Part shown: in pieces, positions 17,201 through 20,000 of the stretch
Numbering within the stretch: position 1 is the stretch's first letter
Layout of the letters: each line of letters opens with the position of its first letter
IMG/VR virus record: IMGVR_UViG_3300021519_000008
Coordinates: 54,088 to 74,087 of that record
Source: an uncultured virus (IMG/VR IMGVR_UViG_3300021519_000008)
Lineage: Duplodnaviria > Heunggongvirae > Uroviricota > Caudoviricetes
Direction: 5' to 3' (one strand)
DNA: 20,000 nucleotides
The notes under the pieces: generated by a model
The model's database searches: none
What the model saw: the letters and a program-made list of their open reading frames with translations, nothing else
Told to the model about the DNA's origin: nothing
Program-made: the position numbers and the translations under genes

Positions 17201-18381
17201 ATGTATCTAATCATCCTTCAGTATTAGATGCTATTTCACAATACACTAATAGAGCAGGAAAATATACTGACGATGACTTAGTAAAAGCATCTAAAAAGAT
17301 TAAAGACAATTATCTAGTAGCAATGGTTCAACTTTTTGGTGTAGATCAAACAGGTACTAAGTTACAAGACAAGTTCTTTTCTGCTTCTGGGTTGTTTAAT
17401 AAAACCTATTCTAATAACATAGCAAAGAAACTTGCTGACCTTACAGAAAAGTATAGTGATCTATCTAAAAATCAAATAATTGCTAACCTTTACACTGCTG
17501 AGAATTCGTCAAAGAATATTATCTTTAAGCTTAGAAATGCTAACCTAGATGCTTATCTAGTAGGTGAGTATGAGAAAGCATTTATAGAAGGACTTAACGA
17601 TGTGAGAGAAGATGTAAGCGAGTTATTTAAGAACATTGGTCTGGGTACATTCTTACAGTTTGGCTTTAGCAATAACTCTTATGGCTTATCTCAAGTAATT
17701 CCTTACGAGACTTACGTAGACCAAACGACTAAAGCAGTAAACAAACTTAAGTTAATGCAGGGGAACAAAATAGTATCTGAACAACTTGCTGGATATATTT
17801 CTCAGATGACTTATTTTAATGACAGCAAGGATGTTCCTACTTTAGTCTTAGATAAAAACGTAGCTAAGATAGAACATGAGCCAGACTTTAACGTTAGATT
17901 ACTTTTGATAGAAGAGAAAATAGATAGTGCTCTTAGAGGAATTCTAACTTTCCAAACTAAGAACTATACAAATCTTGAAAACCTTAAGTCTACAAATAGA
18001 TTCAGAGGACTTCGTATAGAGTTTGTAGATAAACTATCTACTAGTAAGAATACTCCAGTTGCTATGCGAAACTCTAACGGAGTTATTCAGATAGCAGAGA
18101 AGGACTTACTTAATAAGTTTAACGAGAAAGCATGGACTAAGTCAGCTAAACAAAAAGATGACAGTTATTCTACTCCTCTAGCTTCAGATGAGTTTAAATC
18201 ACTTGAAGAGTTTTTAACTTTTGCTTTAATACACGAAGTAAAACATGAGACTATTAAGAAGTCAGAAGACCAAACAATAGGTCAGTACGAAGATCAGATC
18301 AATGAAGCAGCTTTAGTTGATCTTAGAAACAACTACAAGCAAGAAAAGTTTGATGATGTAGTAGATCCATTTAAATGTTAA
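11266..18381 (+). CDS. Virion-packaged single-chain two-barrel DNA-dependent RNA polymerase (crAss-like, phi14:2 gp66-like) with a C-terminal zincin-like domain
   Basis: Catalytic GSDFDIDK (DFDID at 15676-15690, aa 1471-1475) preceded by RIPVQGLNS (R at 15559). Upstream ADAQG (14308-14322), PPLK, KYSLAPMIP and FNSGSK motifs, and downstream LGI.A and VDIAK (16558-16572). HEVKH at 18232-18246. Confidence 0.93.
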   Translation: MAKINCPDRGNKDFLDLSNALGSDALAKFIWYKNGNLPLNQTEDAEGNIVLSEVYDRILNEVAEGNEAQALAMVSTMYLPNFQEKYREEDPAFTVDYIKQEVQDRQDRAAKRQGQLIEEKIIPGTKTLYIQTPEGDIIYTQEEGKEIFDSLEYLLATKKSWKSTVDALKERFEDIRTKVKNSTVDPNVIVTPQDTLVGKNLVNILKNWPQVKAWYLSQESVFGLEAIDDEVNQEVGNKIYNKNAHDSSQMDLASSQVIKLVQALPKYNKLTTQDRKDIKSGKKSISDFQVISNITGFPVVGNFSTNWNVLTSSLSGITEYPKILAELAVVAQEYPQFNDMVSLLPEEDVQDVDLNTANFVASFVQTVSMPEILAYQLSVKKLTGSTESSNLVSKVFQLGTRTTDNLVRYFDEDYFKSNPKYGTVNDKGETVLNVPKLLEDFSYIKNIKQFFAGRNKLTNEKGDYTPEGKELLQGIHKFYNALGIIPTNALYQKDKKALYDFLSDTTFTVRELYDKLEESIDNTSITQPLQFLGKSQGPGKALGPKFDAINAVVGYYGKFEREFASGSYFNSEDKLQYNRVQYFYLTQVTNALNSVKSYNELIAKPEFAHLDVRLNPNIIGSLWLEKMFGITVKDKTLPQLYKELNSGKQFPRLKTQFSKQDFKINIVNFSGVKVEADLKDGVTTTELTSEDKIIQDFASFFQEGMTENIRFGDKGTSYATMTSGKVEERMYVPLDPAVLGSNEKSTVVEKVLADQFKAYLTSEVARVLNILNSDKKHVYNTKGKELFIFKDILPKEDYADLTSSDKATVIAAFTRVSDQLPTHLSKYFETQTALYKQRLIESTLGDKSAITDNSTEQQKDQDLANMLNALNFANPALFKKNKITPQNLDYVIANYLKNDFIHKVEFMKVFVGDIANFQVKGDFREVFKRIPFTSSPGFVFQDNAAVMAHLNNSGNTNGLYKALRGATQKFRKTVRTVVFNDVNTFSKEDWPTYRAALGLPDTLEYQEYVNSPKEADAQGLVSLDFYRNYLIGLGQWSQEQENAYLNEIEVFKILNKKDKTEEDYAKMQELKDSTNYVGFPPLKLGHYGAIVEDPKLTALHKYSLAPMIPSMIAGTQLEELNKQMIAKQIDYATFNSGSKASNYGDALDFYVPDADNAGTLKVNPSIKGNNITSLHLKNLKQQQYIAPKLKNEATLSTQMVKLIFGDFFTAGNLSNLNASTAKTVQNLYKEYDQVLGNIIGIEEANLFHKLGLTRDSNGAILGFDNKKFYNFLKSEMDKRDTSQSLRRYIQLDAAGNIKYPLDATKNRAEIENILLSIINNKIISQKIHGESYIQMASTAQGNTRFTKPTEEQIKKFGINGLRFYRKGVNGTEPADVKIAFNPKKHAPLLNLTFKGQKIGTVERLNKILKSNNREAVEWVDQHTKQLSLVGVRIPVQGLNSMEYFRVREFLPTSAGPVIVVPAQIVVKSGSDFDIDKLTMFEPKLDQNGQLISDAGFTLSNYNSALPSKAESVRLLKTLRAAKQSLVETLETIPSYLNKKELEKEIKELNESMSSTEENIGKFANTKMNLEELQALMSEGSTEKEDLIKQKIEEVKALSKSGELASALSALKALKNEIGDYSSVVSNVNNFKDGNVNRLIDVFTSVISMPENYNKLVLPNTNTILTSISDKLDQNPITSTGLFSPLTSNRVYGDNIESKKALGIDAKLNTMQKEFQIAGLVYNNELSGFYPFDANRVNGGISLGEQTLTDGTVISRVISETINGHVDIAKEDWIILLGLDKAKTPLFHAMILAGTPVRTALDFLNKPLVKYVLKESNRGLLFKQIGMRRRRPVSMTFKNVMVQTLKDLNVSDNTKSYINIAIDTFSNKDVVKFKPLMMDLNRFITEGGVNNESDKQQLEDLFNLYIIKELQGSVQQLTSLVDYNTKRFQNSYQVKADAITYGRVVESFNRDGLNKLTQDSALSNFNQAGTVLSIMPQVFDVSNHPSVLDAISQYTNRAGKYTDDDLVKASKKIKDNYLVAMVQLFGVDQTGTKLQDKFFSASGLFNKTYSNNIAKKLADLTEKYSDLSKNQIIANLYTAENSSKNIIFKLRNANLDAYLVGEYEKAFIEGLNDVREDVSELFKNIGLGTFLQFGFSNNSYGLSQVIPYETYVDQTTKAVNKLKLMQGNKIVSEQLAGYISQMTYFNDSKDVPTLVLDKNVAKIEHEPDFNVRLLLIEEKIDSALRGILTFQTKNYTNLENLKSTNRFRGLRIEFVDKLSTSKNTPVAMRNSNGVIQIAEKDLLNKFNEKAWTKSAKQKDDSYSTPLASDEFKSLEEFLTFALIHEVKHETIKKSEDQTIGQYEDQINEAALVDLRNNYKQEKFDDVVDPFKC

Positions 18382-18392
18382 AATAAGAAGAC

Positions 18393-18902
18393 ATGGCAAC
18401 TTGTAACGTAAGAACAACAAACAAAGAGTATATGGTTAGTAAGGGAGCCCTAGAGAATGGCTCTGCTAAAGTAAAGAATGAACGTCTGTTTGATGTGCAT
18501 AATGCAGAGATAAGAGATGCAGCAAACCAACGCTATAACCTAAAGACTGAAGAACTTCCTTTCTCTAAGGCAGTAAGAGATATTCCTAGAAGTGGTAGAA
18601 CAGCTTCTAACTTTTTTATAGAGTGGCAATTCAATGATAAGTTCTTTGATGAAGTAACTCCTATAGTAGAGATGTATAAATCTATGGAGGACATATCTGA
18701 AGAAGAAAATATGATTCAACCTTCTTATACTCAGACTCAACTAGACTTTAATGACCTAGTAAACGATGATATAATTATAAATGAGTCACCTATTAGATTT
18801 ACTTATCCTTACGAGGCAGAAGACTACATGGCAGACATGAGTCCTGAAATAAAGAAAGAACTTAGTAAAGTAGAATTTAAAGAACTAAACTGTAATCTTT
18901 AA
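18393..18902 (+). CDS. 169 aa hypothetical protein with acidic C-terminal half and Cys only at both termini
   Basis: ORF track. It fills the gap between the RNAP and the next large gene on the same strand with short spacers (MATC...ELNCNL). Confidence 0.75.
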   Translation: MATCNVRTTNKEYMVSKGALENGSAKVKNERLFDVHNAEIRDAANQRYNLKTEELPFSKAVRDIPRSGRTASNFFIEWQFNDKFFDEVTPIVEMYKSMEDISEEENMIQPSYTQTQLDFNDLVNDDIIINESPIRFTYPYEAEDYMADMSPEIKKELSKVEFKELNCNL

Positions 18903-18903
18903 C

Positions 18904-18913
18904 TATATTTGTA
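18904..18913 (+). promoter_or_regulatory. TATATTTGTA promoter (-7 element) upstream of the last gene
   Basis: Third copy of the 10-mer, intergenic, ending 23 bp before ATG 18937. Confidence 0.7.
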
Positions 18914-18936
18914 TTAACTTAAGATAAACTTAAATA

Positions 18937-20000
18937 ATGTCTTGTAAAGCATCAATAAAATCTCCCATTACTGGTAACACAGTATCCTCAACAGCATACT
19001 TTCAGTTAACTAATCTTTTTGACAAACAAAAAGCAGTAGACGTTTATAACAGTATGTACACTCCAGGGTTTAAAGACCTATTAGGATTTGATTGGACTAC
19101 TAACACAGCACACAGGGAGGAGTTAAACCTAAACGGAGAACCTAAGATTGAATATCTAAACAAGATATTAGGTTTAGATTTAAGTCAGTATCAGATTGAT
19201 GCAGTAAACTCAGAAGAAGATATCCTTAGTCAGTTAGATCCTACACAAGAATTTGATTCCTTTGAGGAAGCAAGTGTAGCAGCTGCTGGGTTTAACATGA
19301 ATCCAAGATACAAGAACGTATCTACAGATGTTGTTAGAACAGATAACGGATTTAGATTAACTGTAGGGATTAACCAATCTCCTCAAAGTATAACTAAAGA
19401 AACTTTATCTGCTTTAGGATTTGGAACACTTGTTACTCAGTTCTTTCCTTCTACTAATTCTAGTTGGAGTGATGTAGCCAATAGTTTGCTTACTGGTGAT
19501 CAGTTACCTGAGTTCCAAAAGAATATCTTATCTAAGTTAGTAGAACTACAGAATAAGAATGCTCGTGTGAAGCTTGTAGTGTTTGATGACACACAAGACT
19601 CAGATCCTGGACAAGTTGCTTTCTATGATAACAACACAGGAACAATTTACATAGGCAAGACTGTAAGTGAGAGTATGAACAATTCTAAGCTTGTTAGAGA
19701 CCTTATCCATGAGTCTTTGCATGCTTATACCATTAAAGCATTAAACGAGCCTGTAACAGAACAGGAGAAAGCATTTAAGGCAGATATGGAGAAGGTATTT
19801 AATTCTTACTTAAAGAAGTTCCCTAATCTAGCTGTTAACTATGGCTTTAAGAACGTAGAAGAGTTTGTAAGTGAGGTTATGTCTAACCCACACTTCAGAG
19901 CTGCTTTAACTACCCAACAAGAATCTTTAAAGAATGATAAGAATTTCTTAGGTAATCTCTTAGAGAAAATAGGTAACTTCTTTAAAGGACTATACACAGA
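18937..20000 (+). CDS. Large virion protein with zincin-like metallopeptidase domain, 3'-truncated (missing from ORF track)
   Basis: Open from ATG 18937 (MSCKASIKSPITG...) to the window end. AFYDNNTGTIYI...LIHESLHAYT (HESLH 19708-19722) and downstream YGFKNVEEFVSEVMSNPHF match the gluzincin-type pattern of phage polyvalent-protein peptidases. The N-terminus has a Y.P.FK...DW...NGEP motif. Confidence 0.85.
   Translation, partial: MSCKASIKSPITGNTVSSTAYFQLTNLFDKQKAVDVYNSMYTPGFKDLLGFDWTTNTAHREELNLNGEPKIEYLNKILGLDLSQYQIDAVNSEEDILSQLDPTQEFDSFEEASVAAAGFNMNPRYKNVSTDVVRTDNGFRLTVGINQSPQSITKETLSALGFGTLVTQFFPSTNSSWSDVANSLLTGDQLPEFQKNILSKLVELQNKNARVKLVVFDDTQDSDPGQVAFYDNNTGTIYIGKTVSESMNNSKLVRDLIHESLHAYTIKALNEPVTEQEKAFKADMEKVFNSYLKKFPNLAVNYGFKNVEEFVSEVMSNPHFRAALTTQQESLKNDKNFLGNLLEKIGNFFKGLYT

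Noticed and set aside
11266..18381. Intein or intron in the RNAP gene
   Set aside because: The ORF is continuous, has no internal Cys, and I saw no splice-junction motifs or LAGLIDADG blocks.
140..18740. Short minus-strand ORFs (e.g. 140-361, 526-741, 1660-1917, 9633-9827, 10667-10885, 11476-11876, 12129-12332, 13179-13406, 14712-14951, 16623-16823, 18540-18740)
   Set aside because: All lie antisense to well-supported plus-strand genes, have the F/S/L/I-rich composition of shadow ORFs, and show no recognisable motifs.
1234..20000. Stop-codon reassignment (TAG/TGA), as in some crAss-like phages
   Set aside because: Multi-kb ORFs are intact under the standard code and end in TAA, with no fragmentation. 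Nothing here requires recoding.
1..20000. tRNA, rRNA or CRISPR loci
   Set aside because: Intergenic gaps are at most about 100 bp, and I saw no cloverleaf or repeat-spacer structure.

Overview
AT-rich, densely coding, all-plus-strand segment of a Bacteroidota-infecting, crAss-like (Crassvirales-related) phage genome, translated with the standard code. From left to right it holds two small basic proteins, a free-standing GIY-YIG homing endonuclease with a terminator, and then the virion cargo (ejection) module: 784, 561 and 1977 aa proteins, a 2371 aa single-chain virion RNA polymerase (RIP...GSDFDIDK) with a C-terminal HExxH zincin-like domain, a 169 aa protein, and a zincin-containing protein cut off by the window end. 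TATATTTGTA (Bacteroidota -7 promoter element) occurs in three intergenic gaps. The most striking unexplained signal is cysteine placement. By manual scan, about 6,200 residues of cargo proteins contain only six Cys, all within 6 residues of a terminus and paired across consecutive gene junctions, which suggests a head-to-tail disulfide or docking chain in gene order. The 1977 aa protein also carries two cassettes with near-identical DNA flanks around unrelated inserts. Family assignments come from motif recognition, not database searches.
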